Below, one piece after another: positions 24,525 through 37,211 of a DNA stretch of 64,000 nucleotides. The notes under the pieces were generated by a model. That model was not told where the DNA came from. It searched no databases and saw nothing but the letters and a program-made list of their open reading frames with translations. Made by a program: the position numbers and the translations under genes. The stretch comes from Octopus sinensis (taxonomy: Eukaryota), in the NCBI RefSeq assembly GCF_006345805.1, contig NC_043008.1, positions 50,654,001 to 50,718,000 on the forward strand, given 5' to 3'. Numbering within the stretch: the first letter of the stretch is position 1; every line of letters starts with the position of its first letter.

Positions 24525-27114
24525 GTATGGCTTCACCACTATTCTCTTTCTCTTTTTTTGTTGTCTTTTATCTTTTCTTCTTTATTTGTTTCTGTTGTAT
24601 AGTGAAACTGTATACCCCTCCCGGTAAAAAGTGGTAGGACCCAGCCATTATAAATACACTAGTAGCCAGTCGTCAAGAGAGAGTCGATAGTCGACAGTTC
24701 CAGTTGGTGTCTTGTGGAGCTATCAGCGATAATAAGACAGAATAAGTTAGTACGTTACTATTTTGGTTCAAAGAGATACAATGGTATCTAATAACTAGTA
24801 ACTCTTGTGGCTACTAGCGTAAAACAGCAACTACAGTACAACGGCAGTCACACATCACACCAGTGGGAGGAACCCACTTTACAACAGTTTCAATCATGGC
24901 TTTATGGCCAAGCTGGGGTACTACCTTGAAAGGTTTAATCCAGTCATGGGCAGACTGTGACCCATGGGACTTTCTGAAACAAAAGTTACCTTGATTTTTT
25001 TTTTCTAAGTAGTGCATTCTGCTTGTTGATGAACCGTGACTCCTATAACCTGATTTTCAAGAAAGGTTGCCCATCCCTGGTTTAGTTGAACAAGGCAACC
25101 CCAGTATTTCTTTTTCTTTTTTTCTACTTCTGGGACTGATATACTGGTCTCTTTTTGCCAAACTGTTAAGTTACAGGGATATAAACACACCAACACTTAT
25201 TGTCAAGCAGTGATGGTGGGGTTGGGCACAGACACAAAGACACAGATATATATATATTAGAAAATTACTATTTTTAAATCTCACAAGATATATTCAGCAA
25301 CAGTACTTTGTAGTAAAGATTGTTTGCCCACATAACATGGCAGTCCTGGTTTAGGACGAATGTTGCTGTAATTTAGCCCCAGGAGTCATTGTCTCCAGCT
25401 GGCTATATGATACGATCTGTATCCTTATATTTTCGAACAAGGGAATCTAGTACCTCCACTCAGCTCAAAACAATATCTGTGTATCGTGATTTCCAGGTTA
25501 TTTCCCTTCCTCAGCACAGAATAATTGTTCAGCTACATGTGGCGTTACCATTCGAAAAAAATATAGTTTTCAAAGTGACAACTAGTCAATGATCTATAAA
25601 TTAGAAAATTACTATTTTTAAATCTCTCTCTCTCTCTCTCTCACATACACGCACGCACGCACGCGTCACTGGCTTTCAGCTTCCGTCTACCAAATCCACT
25701 TACAAGGCTTTGATTGGTCTGAGGCCATAGTAGAAGACACTTGCCCCAGGTGCCATGAAGTGGGACTGAACCCAGAATCATGTGGTTGGGAAGCAAACTT
25801 CTTACCACACAGCCCACACCTGTATGCATGCTTTTTTTGCTTTTTTTCCCTTCCTGGGCATGTTACTGATTGCTGTGTTTTTTGCCAAAGATTTCTTAAC
25901 TAACCCTTTGAAGGTGACCTCTACTGAGGAGGCTTCCTCAGTGAAGAAGATTAAACCACTTTTATGAGACAGGAGTTGGTTCTCTTTAAATATTTGCATC
26001 TGCACAATGTTTAGATTGGTTTCTTCATCTGTGATCATTCTGTCACAGATCAACAAACCAATTTCATCATTTGTATGTAGTACCTGGTTTAAATCTGATG
26101 TAGGACCCTTTATTTCTAAACTAAGAGGATTAACACTCTTATCCATCAAGTCCTGCGTTGGCATAGATATATAATATATAAATATTGGATGCTTTTTTTT
26201 TGTCTGTTTTTGTTTTTTATTGATCCCCAGAGATGATGTTAATCAGTTAGGAAAAATATAATTTCATTAGCAACCCTGTCTTGAGAATTTAGTTTAGTGG
26301 TTCCCAACCTTTTCACAGTGGTACCCAGCCCTTTTATTTAAATGAGTTTTCCTACAGACCCCTTTTATTATGCTTCCTTTTCTGAGCGTCCAATAATACT
26401 ATACTTGTTCCATGTCCTCACGTTGTTGTTTTCTCTTTGTGTTTTCATGTTTGGATTAACTATATATATATATATACACACACATGAAATTTTGAATTTT
26501 GTTCACAGACCCCCAGTGCTACCTTTGCAGACCATCAGGGGTTTGTGGACCCCAGGTTGGAAACTACTGGTTTAGTTATTTAATTCTTTTATGAGATATA
26601 AAATAAAATGAGTGATATTATTTAAAATTCTTCCACAGAATATCTATTTCCAAATAGACATAGAAAAGTATTTTTGCTCCAGCAAAATGAATGGGCAGAT
26701 CAAGAAACCTATATATGAGCTGGTGGCATGAAGAAAAAGACTCAGTTCTCAGTTTTGTGAAGTGGTTGATATTAGGAAGGACATCAAACTGTAGAAACCC
26801 TGCCCTACTAGACAGTGGAGTACTATACAGTCCTCAGATCCATTGGGTCTTATCAAATTGTCCTATGCATTGCTGGTATGGAACTTGGATGTTGAATGAT
26901 GATGGTGTGTGCATGACTGTGTGTGTGCATGACTGTGTGTGTGCATGACTCTGTGTGTGTGTGCATGACTCTGTGTGTGTGGGTGTGTGTATGCAGGTTT
27001 GCTGTTAAGGAATTTGCTCCTCAACTACATTGTTTCCAGTTTAGGCACCTTGGGTCCTGGGCCAACCAAAGCACTGTGGAGGGATTTTGTAGATGAAAGC
27101 TGAAAGATGTTGTT

Positions 27115-27164
<50 letters not shown>

Positions 27165-27442
27165 GTCCATGTCTTGACATTGCATTATTAATTGTAAACA
27201 AACTTCACCGTCACACAACTGGTGACATTGATTTGCAATCTTCCATGAAAACCTGTCCACCTATTTCCTTGGTGTTTCATGCTGAGAGGATTAAAGAAAC
27301 GTTTGTTTTGCTTGGGAGCAGGTATGGGTTGGTGACAGGAAGAGCATCCAGCCGTAGAAAAATATACCTCAACAAATTCCATCTGACCCATGCAAGCCTG
27401 GAAAAATGATGATCATGATGCAGTTTGTTGGGATTTGTTGAA

Positions 27443-27485
<43 letters not shown>

Positions 27486-29250
27486 ACTAAGAAAAGTCTA
27501 GTGGCATAAACCATGTGTATGAATATATATAGGCAAGCTGGCAGAATCGTTAGCATGCCGGGCGAAATGCTTAGTGATATTTCGTCTGTCTTTACGTTCT
27601 GAGTTCAAATACCACTGAGGTCAGCTTGGCCTTTCATCCTTTCGCGGTTGATAAATTTAAGTACCAGTTATGCACTGAGATCGATGTAATCGACTTAATC
27701 TGTTTGTCTGTCCTTGTTTGTCCCCTCTATGTTTAGCCCCTAGTGGGTAGTAAAGAAATAAGAAACGTTAGCATGCTGGTCGAAATGCTTAGCGATATTT
27801 CGTCTGTCTTTATATTTATTCTGAGTTCAAATTCTGCCGAGGTCAGCTTTGCCTTTCATCCTTTTCGGGGTCAATAAATTAAGTACCAGTTGCATACTGG
27901 GGTCGATCTAATCGGCTGCCTCCCCCACCCCTCCCCCCAAATTTCCAAATTTCGGGCCTTGTACCTAGAGTAGAAAAGAATGTATATATATATTTATGAT
28001 GATGTCTCTGTGTTTTCACTCAGTTTACTACTTGATAGTAATGTATGCTTTGCTTGTTTTACCCCTGCATGTGTCTGCTACATGTTTCTGTGAATGTTGT
28101 ACAAGTATTGAAGATAATCCTCAGTATTTTTGTCTTCTGCGGGTGTGGGTGTGTGTGTGTGTGGGGGGTGGTGGTGCTGGTATTGAGTGCGTTGGTTGGA
28201 TGCACTTGATGTTCTTGCTGTTGTTCAGCCCCGGGACAGCCATGAACGAGTAAACTGCTGATCAAAGAGGTTTTTACAGCTGTAATTATCTTCTGCATGT
28301 TTCTGTTAGGGGGAATGTAGCCATGCTGGAGCACACTGCCTTGAAGAGCTTTGTTAAATAAATTGGCCCCTGTACTTATTTATCTTTTAAGTTTTAGCAC
28401 TTACTCTATCAGTCTCTTCTTGCTGAACTGCTGGGTTATGGAGACGTAAACAAACCAACACTGGTTGTTAAACAGTGGTGGGATACAAAGACATACATAC
28501 ATATGTACGTATTACATACATATGTATGCATACATAGTATGCATGTCTATATGCGTATGCTTGTATACATGCATATGCATGTATACATGTGTATGCTTGT
28601 ATACATGCGTATGCATGTATACATGCGTATGCATGTATACATGCGTATGCATGTATACATGCGTATGCATGTAAACATACATTTGTATTTATGTATACAT
28701 ACATTCCTATATATGTATGCATTCGTATGTATATATATATATACATATGTATATATGCACTTGCAAGCATGTATACACACACACACACACAAAACTGGCT
28801 CCCACACATTTTCTGTCTGCCAAATCCACTCACAAGGCTTTGGTTGACCCAAGGGTATAGCAGTGCCATGCAGTAGCATGGAACCCAAAACCACATCGTT
28901 ACAAACAAAGCTCACCATATCTGTGCCACTTACCTTCTTTTTAAATTTTTTAAAATTTTAAATCTAAAAATTTTACTATTCAATGTACACTATGTGTGTT
29001 CAAAGATGTTTGGCTGCTGTTTCTAGCAGGTCGAGCAACCACAGAGAGGCTCCTTTGTTGAGTTGATGTTGTTTGGTGTTGCTGGTAAGCCGAGAGAAAG
29101 ATGATAGTGGCTTTGGTATGTGCTCTATTTAGCCTGTTTCTTCTTTCTAGCCTGGTGGTCGGGTTGGGGGCTACTAGTACTACTACTGCTGTTTTGTTTC
29201 AGCGGATTTCTTGTGGCACAAACAACAACTTTTCTATATACTGCCCTATA

Positions 29251-29289
<39 letters not shown>

Positions 29290-29366
29290 GTGTTTGTGTT
29301 TGTGTGTGCATGTGCTTGTGTGTCTGTATATGTGTATATATATATATATGTGTGTGTATATATGCA

Positions 29367-29435
<69 letters not shown>

Positions 29436-30254
29436 CATATATATATATATATGTATATTTGTATGTATGTATATGTATATTTGTATGTTTATACATATGG
29501 CGGTGCCCCAGCATGGCCACAGCTCGTGAGCTGAAACTAGATAAAATAAAAAAAAAATATGTACACACACACATGCACACACATCTATTTATTTGTATGT
29601 ATATCTTGTTGCCCCATAAAGAAATGTTGGCGATATGTTTGCATCAAACTAGTTATTTGTATTACTGTTTGGTGTTTTATTGAAAAAAAGAAGAAAAAAA
29701 ATTCCAGAAAATGATTGTCTTTAGAAATAATTATTTTTCTTTTGTTTTAAACCTTTGGATAAAAACCTGCCCGTAGTTCTCTTTCACAAACGTCTTGTTT
29801 TAAAATAATTTGAAACAAAATTTCATCTTAATATATGCTCCAAACACGAGGTTTACGAGAAGTTATTTTACTAAATTAATTCCCCATAATTTCCAAAATT
29901 AAAGGAATTAAAAGGAGCATTTTTCAATATAGTAATAGAAGGGTTAAAATGATATATTTTGTGACTCTCCACCCTACCTCTGTCTGTCTGTCTGTCTTTT
30001 GTACTCATTGTCCCTTGTGATGGGTTGTTGTAAGATCAGTTGCGACTTGAAGACTACGAGTCATTAGTAGAAATAGTAGTACATTTTTGTGTTCTTACTT
30101 TGGTATTTAGTAGAACAGTCCAACCATCAAATAGGTGAGACATGACCACTCAGTGGACATTTGGCATGAGGACACTTGGTAGAATTGTGGCTAGAAAACA
30201 AATAACTTTGTATCTATCTGTCTGTCTGTCTCTCTATCTATCTATCTATATATT

Positions 30255-30287
<33 letters not shown>

Positions 30288-31647
30288 CCTATTATAGATT
30301 TGAATGGTGTTTCTCTGTCCTTGGTTCTTAAGTTCGTTAACTCCTCCCATACCGTTGGTGCAAGGACAACGAAACTCAATGCAGCAACTCCCCTAATCCC
30401 AATGAATGTCCTAAGGGAATTTATTTTTTTTAAGGGCTTCCTAATTGGGGCCACACTGACCCCCCCTAGTTTTACTGCATTTTAAACAAAATACATGGCA
30501 CTGGCGACCAAATCGGAGCAATGACAATGAATTTCATACCATGAACTCCCAGGGAGTATCGTAAGGAGGTTCAATTTCTGAAGGGCCACTTAAATGGGGC
30601 CCCATTGACCTCCTCTATTTTTACTGTATTTACCTCACTCCTACGCTTATTGATTAAACTATGATCATCATCAGTGCTTAGCACATTTGCAGAAATAAGT
30701 CTGGGCATTGTAAATACCTTCACGTACCTTCAAATCGAGATAAAGAGTTATAACAGGTATGTTTCAGGTGTGGTAGTGTGGATATTTATATTTTGCAGTT
30801 TATGGAACCTATGTCTTGTACACACACACACACACACACACACGAGTAAGCACATAAATGCAAAACAAGGTGGGGAAAGAAGTAGCACTCAAATACTGAA
30901 GGTAGAGTAGAGTACTGCTATGCTTTTATTCAAAAATTAAAAAAAAAATCTTCACAACTGTCACAGTTTCATGTTACCATTGGTTGGATGGTTGTGATCA
31001 TACTGAAATGGAATTGTGATGGTAGTCGTTATATAATGCGATACGTTTTGCAAACAACTTGCGAGCGGTCTGAACCGATCTGCGCCAAATCCAAGTCCCT
31101 TCCGATGAATTTATGTTGCACCCACCATATCTTGGTGATGCAATACAATTCAACGAATAAGCAATTAAATTTGATTGGGTGACTGATTTTCAAAAACACA
31201 ACGGTGTAGATTCGCTGTGTGTGTGTGTGTGTTGTATGTATATGTGTGTGAGTGTTGTTTGTGTATGTTTGTGTATGTATGTATATGTGTATGTATATAT
31301 ATGTGTGTATGTGTGTATATATATATGTGTATGTATATACATGTATGTGTGTATATATATGTGTATATATATACATGTGTATATATATGTGTATATGTAT
31401 ATATATACGTGTGTGTGTGTATATATGTATACATGTGTGTATGTTTATATATATATATATATGTATACATGTGAATCTATATATGTATGTATACGTGTAT
31501 GTGTATGTATATATGTATGCATGTGTGTGTGTGTGCGTGTGTATATGTATGCATGTGTGTATGCATGCATGTGTGTGTATATGTGTATACGTGTGTGTGT
31601 ATGTATAGATGTGGGTGTGTGTGTATATACACACATACATACACGTC

Positions 31648-31678
<31 letters not shown>

Positions 31679-33933
31679 CACACACACACACACACGTATA
31701 CATATATTGTACATTAGTTATTGAATTTCTCATTTGTGGTTTTCCATTATCTTCTATTATAATCTCAACTTTTAAATATCCAATTTGCAAGCCTAATTAT
31801 TCATTTTAATTATTAATCTGTAACTTTTGTCACTTCTTATTTCCTGGATATATTCCCTGCCATTTTCAGTCACTCTTACGCAAAGTTTTTTTTTTTTCGA
31901 TTTTATATATTAAATATCTTTATATTTCATTGTTAAGTTTTACTCCTCCCTCTCTGGTAGTGAAACTACACCGTTACGTTTTTTGAAAATCAGTTACCCA
32001 ATCAAATTTCATTGCTTATTCATTTGAAATGTATTATGTCATGTTATGTCTGTATTACTTGTAACACCACAGTTTTATTTTAGTATTTATCACAACTGTC
32101 CAATGACTGGTAATGTGAAACTCTGAGTAACAGTTTGTCAAGATTTTTTCGGCTTTAATAAAAGTCCACACACGCACACACACGAGAGGATGCCATAAGG
32201 TTCCTGGCTTTAAGGGTATTGTGAAAAACCTGGTTGGAGGCCCAACCTTCCCGGGTTCTTTTACAGGGCTTAGAAAAACTGAAGGACCACTACAATAAGC
32301 ACCAGGCTCCATTCTGATCTGGCAATGTTTCTACAGCTTGAATAATGCCATAATTAACTGATCTTCTTGTATTTCCTTTTACCCAAATCCATGAACTTTT
32401 CAACACACCCTTGTGTGTGTGTGTGTGTGTATATATATATTGGAAAATGTACGAAATTCTTTGTACAGTTAGGTATATTTGAAAAAGGAAAAGGACTTTA
32501 CCGGTCATTCTAATCAATTCAGTTTTCTAATAATATAATTTTACAGTTTAGTTTTTAGATTTAGTAAGTTCTTTGTTAACTTTGGTGGGGAGATTTTTTT
32601 AAAAATTCCTTGTTAAGTTTTCTGGAGAACTTTCCTGCATTCATCAGTGGTGGTTGTCAAACTGATCAGCCCAACACAACGTGAGATCAGTTTGACAATC
32701 ACCACAGACAAATGTGAGAAATTTCTCCAGAAAACTTAACTAGGAATTAAAAAAAAAATCTCCTTACTGAGGTTAAAGGACTTATAGATCTAAAAACCAA
32801 ACTGTAAAATCATATTATCAGAAAATTATATTGATTAGAACTACCAGCGAAGCCCTTCTTTTCTCTTTTCAAATATGAATACATACGTACCTAACATTAG
32901 GCCTCAGCGAGGCAATAACTAGTGACTGAGACCTTTGCAAATATGCTGTGCATGAGAAGACCCGGTGAGCCAAGTGAGGCCATAATCCGTGGCCTATGCC
33001 AGTGGCGTAACCAGCCCACTTATGCATACATTTCCTTCATTGGACACTAAACTCTGGTTGCAAAGACCTGTTGAGGCAAGTGAAATCAAAATCAATTCCA
33101 ATGACAGCATTGCATGACGGTTTGACCAGGGCTGGCAAGCTGGAAGGCTGCACCAGACTCCAGTCTGATTTGGCATGGTTTTCTATGGCTGGATGCGTGA
33201 CACCAGTGGCTGACATGACTACAATTTTACTTGGTTTGATGGGTCTTCTTCTCAAGCATGGCACAATGCCAAAAGTCATGGTCATTGGTCATCATCTCCA
33301 TGAGGCCCAACACAGGAAAGGTACTTTTCACATGCCACTGGCATTGGCCATCCTTGCCTCTGTGAGGCCCAATGCTTGAAAGGTGCTTTTTACGTGCCAC
33401 CGGCACAGGTGCCAGCTATGTGACACCAGCATCGGCCACAACTATGATTTCACTTGGCTTGACAAGTCTTCACAAGCACAGCATATTGCCAAAGGTCTCA
33501 GTCACTAGTCATTGCCTCTGATATATGTATGTATATATGTATATATATTCAACATTGTAATGTTCACTTTTCCATGCTCATATGGGTTACACTGAATTTG
33601 TGGAAACAGTCTCTACAGCTAGATGCCTTTTCTGTCACCAACCCTCACCTATTTCTGAATAAGTTATTACTTTCTCATGCTCAGGCAGGGTTACATGGAG
33701 GATTGAAAACAAGGTCACCGCTTGTATGATGGGGATGCACATTTGCAATTACTATGCAATGTCAAAGGTTATGCATGCACACATGACAAGTTTCTATAAG
33801 TTTCTATCTGTCAAATCTACTCATAAGGATTTCGTTAGAATGAGGCTATAGTGGAAAATATTCACCGAAATTGCCACACAGTGGGACTGAACCCAAAACT
33901 ATGTAGTTAGGAAGGATACTTTCTGTGCCTAGC

Positions 33934-33993
<60 letters not shown>

Positions 33994-35116
33994 TATCATC
34001 ATCATCATAATCGTTTAACGTCTGCTTTCCATGCTGGCATGGGTTAGATGGTTTGACTGAGGACTGGCTGCACCAGGCTCCAATCCGATCTGGCAATGTT
34101 TCTACAGCCGGATGCCCTTCCTAATGCCAACCACTCCAGGAACAGGTCAGGTGGCGCTGGCATCGACCGGCACAGGAGCCAGTCGGGGCGGGGTGGTGGT
34201 GGGGGTTGAGCTGGCATCGACCATGTTCGGATGGTGCTTTTTACGTACCACCAGCATGGGGAACCAGTCAGGTGGCACTGGCAACAACCCACACATGAAT
34301 GGTGCTTATTGTGTCCCACCTGCACGAGAGCCAGTTAGGTGGCACTGGCATTGACCACAACTTCAATTTCCATTTTTGATTGTGAGAAAGAAAGAGAGAG
34401 ATGGAGATATAACAGGGTAATGCTGTTAGTGGGAGAGGTTGGGAAGGTAAAGGAAGAGGGGGAAATAAAATGGAAAAATGATAAACTACAATAAAAAGTT
34501 GTAGATTACAATGAGGAGGTTTAACTTTCCATAATAGATTTTACGCATGTAAAAGGTTTGAAAGTTCATTGGCATAGATTAAGGATATATGGATAGAGAA
34601 GTAGATACAGAAATAGGTAGGTGGATGAATAGATTGATAGGCAGGTTGATAGATGGGTGGCAGATAGAGATAGGCAGACAGATTGATAAATAGTTTATCC
34701 TACATGTGGTGTCTGACCTGTAGAAAGCCTTGTTGCTGGGTGTTATCATTTCTCGTTAGCTCTTTCAAAATCAATGATTTTATGTGTGTGTGCACAATGT
34801 TACTGATATATATATATATATACACACATACACACACATACTCTCTTATACACACCTTTGTGTTGGGGGTCATCTTTACTTTGTTATCTCCCCTAATTCT
34901 TCACTCTCCTGTGTGATCCTTCTGTCTGGTAGTCGCCATGATAGATCGTTAGCCACTACACACATTTTTTTCTCTCCTTGTTTTTTCTGCGTCCCTTTCC
35001 GTTGAAGAGCATAGGCTCGAAACGTAAAAGACTTTTTCTATTCCTGAGCGTTATACTAATACATCTGTTTGTTTTGTACACCACCTGTCTTCGTCTTGTT
35101 TTTTTTCGTAAACTCT

Positions 35117-35158
<42 letters not shown>

Positions 35159-37109
35159 GCACATACATAATATACATACATATGTATGTATAAGTAACAC
35201 TGCTCTCCATGGTTATTACTGGTCTCTAAAGCAGGTCAAATGTCAATGAAGATGTTACGCGTTAATTTAATGTGTTAAAGTCTTATTTTTATTAATGTAT
35301 ATTGAATTATATGTAGGTATATATAAAAGATTTACACAGATGAGTCAGAACTTGTGGTCTGCCCATGGAACTTTTTCATTGGAAACTAAAAAGTTTCCCC
35401 ACCCCTGGTATAGATACATACCTTTTTGTTTTCATATTGAGAATGCATGTTGCTGTTTAGCTGCTCTCACCACTGGGCCAGCACATGGCTGTTCAGATGC
35501 ATTCCATCCATGCTGAACCATTATTTTCAGACACAACACATCAAAGACTCTCCCCCTTTCAACATGGTAGGGTGTGGTTTGATGGAGATTTGGCTGCTGT
35601 TTCTAGCAGGTCGATTTTACCATTCATGTTAACTTTGCTAACTAGATAACAACAACCGTGTTGGTTAATGTTACAGCTGTTTGTTCAGTGAATTCCGGAA
35701 TGTTTCTTGTTGATGTTTATGTCAGTGACCCTTCATCCTTGTGATTCTAACGTATCTTTGAATCTTCAGATTTGTTTACTATTTTCTCAGGAAACATCTT
35801 TCCTGCAAAGGTAGTGGGTAGTGGTGATGTTTTGGTCTATAATAAATATATATACATATATACACATATATATATATATGTATATTTTCTTACTTTCCCC
35901 TTACATTACCACGTGTAGTTTCTATTTTCTTTTTAAAACATATTTCTATTATATATTTATATATATACACATATATATATTTCTGTTTCCATAAGCTGGC
36001 TGCTTCCTATAGTTCTCCTGGAAGAAGTTGTTTATTTTTATATCATGCAGTACAAGACAGTTGCTATTTTCAGTTTATTTATTCTTGTAATAGTCCCGTA
36101 TTAGTTGTAAATATAGAAAAGTATCCATTTCAACGTAAGCCTAAATACTTTAGTTCATTTAACATACCTTCAGAGGGTTTCCTTTTTGCATGTGTTTATA
36201 TTTTTATGGATGTATTACAACATCCAGTTCATTCCAGATAAATTTTTTTTTCATTAGAGAATATACATTTAGTGGGTTTTTTTTTTGTGTTTATTTCACA
36301 TCAAGCAAAAAATATGTTAATTTCTACCATATTTTCCGACATAGAAGTCGACGTGGCTGTGTGGTAAGTAGCTTGCTAACCAACCACATGGTTCCGGGTT
36401 CAATCCCACTGCGTGGCATCTTGGGCAACTGTCTTCTGCTATAGCCCCGGGCCGACCAATGCCTTGTGAGTGGATTTGGTAGACGGAAACTGAAAGAAGC
36501 CTGTCGTATATATGTATATATATATATATGTATATGTATGTGTGTGTGTTTGTGTGTCTGTGTTTGTTCCCCTAGCATTGCTTGACAACCGATGCTGGTG
36601 TGTTTACGTCCCTGTCACTTAGTGGTTTGGCAAAAAGAGACCGATAGAATAAGTACTGGGCTTACAAAAAGAATAAGTCCCGGGGTCGAGTTGCTCGACT
36701 AAAGGCGGTGCTCCAGCATGGCCGCAGTCAAATGACTGAAACAAGTAAAAGAGTGCAAACATTCAGACATCCTTCTTCGTCTTTCCAAATCCTGTTGCAT
36801 TTCCCATGAAGTTTTTGGTCCTCCAAAGTCGTCATGGTGTATAATTTATAACCTGCCTTTCTCGGCTGTAAATTTTGGTTTGAAAAATTCGACTTGTACA
36901 CTGGAAAATACAGTATTATAATTTTCTTTCTTTTAAGATCAGTGTAGCCATGGCTGTGTGGTCAGAGGCCTGTCTTGGGTTCAATTCCATTGCACTGCAC
37001 GTTGAGCGAGTGTCTTCTATTATGGTCTTGGGCTGACCAAAGCCTCATGAGTGAATTTGGTAGAAACTGAAAGAAGCCTGTCGTATATGCATGCATGTGT
37101 GTGTGTGTA

Positions 37110-37140
<31 letters not shown>

Positions 37141-37176
37141 CACACACATATATATACATACACGCACATATATATT

Positions 37177-37211
<35 letters not shown>

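Noticed and set aside
35791-35810. Micro-exon candidate (ctcag|...aag|gtagtg)
   Set aside because: 20 nt, so it would frameshift between the phase-1 flanks.
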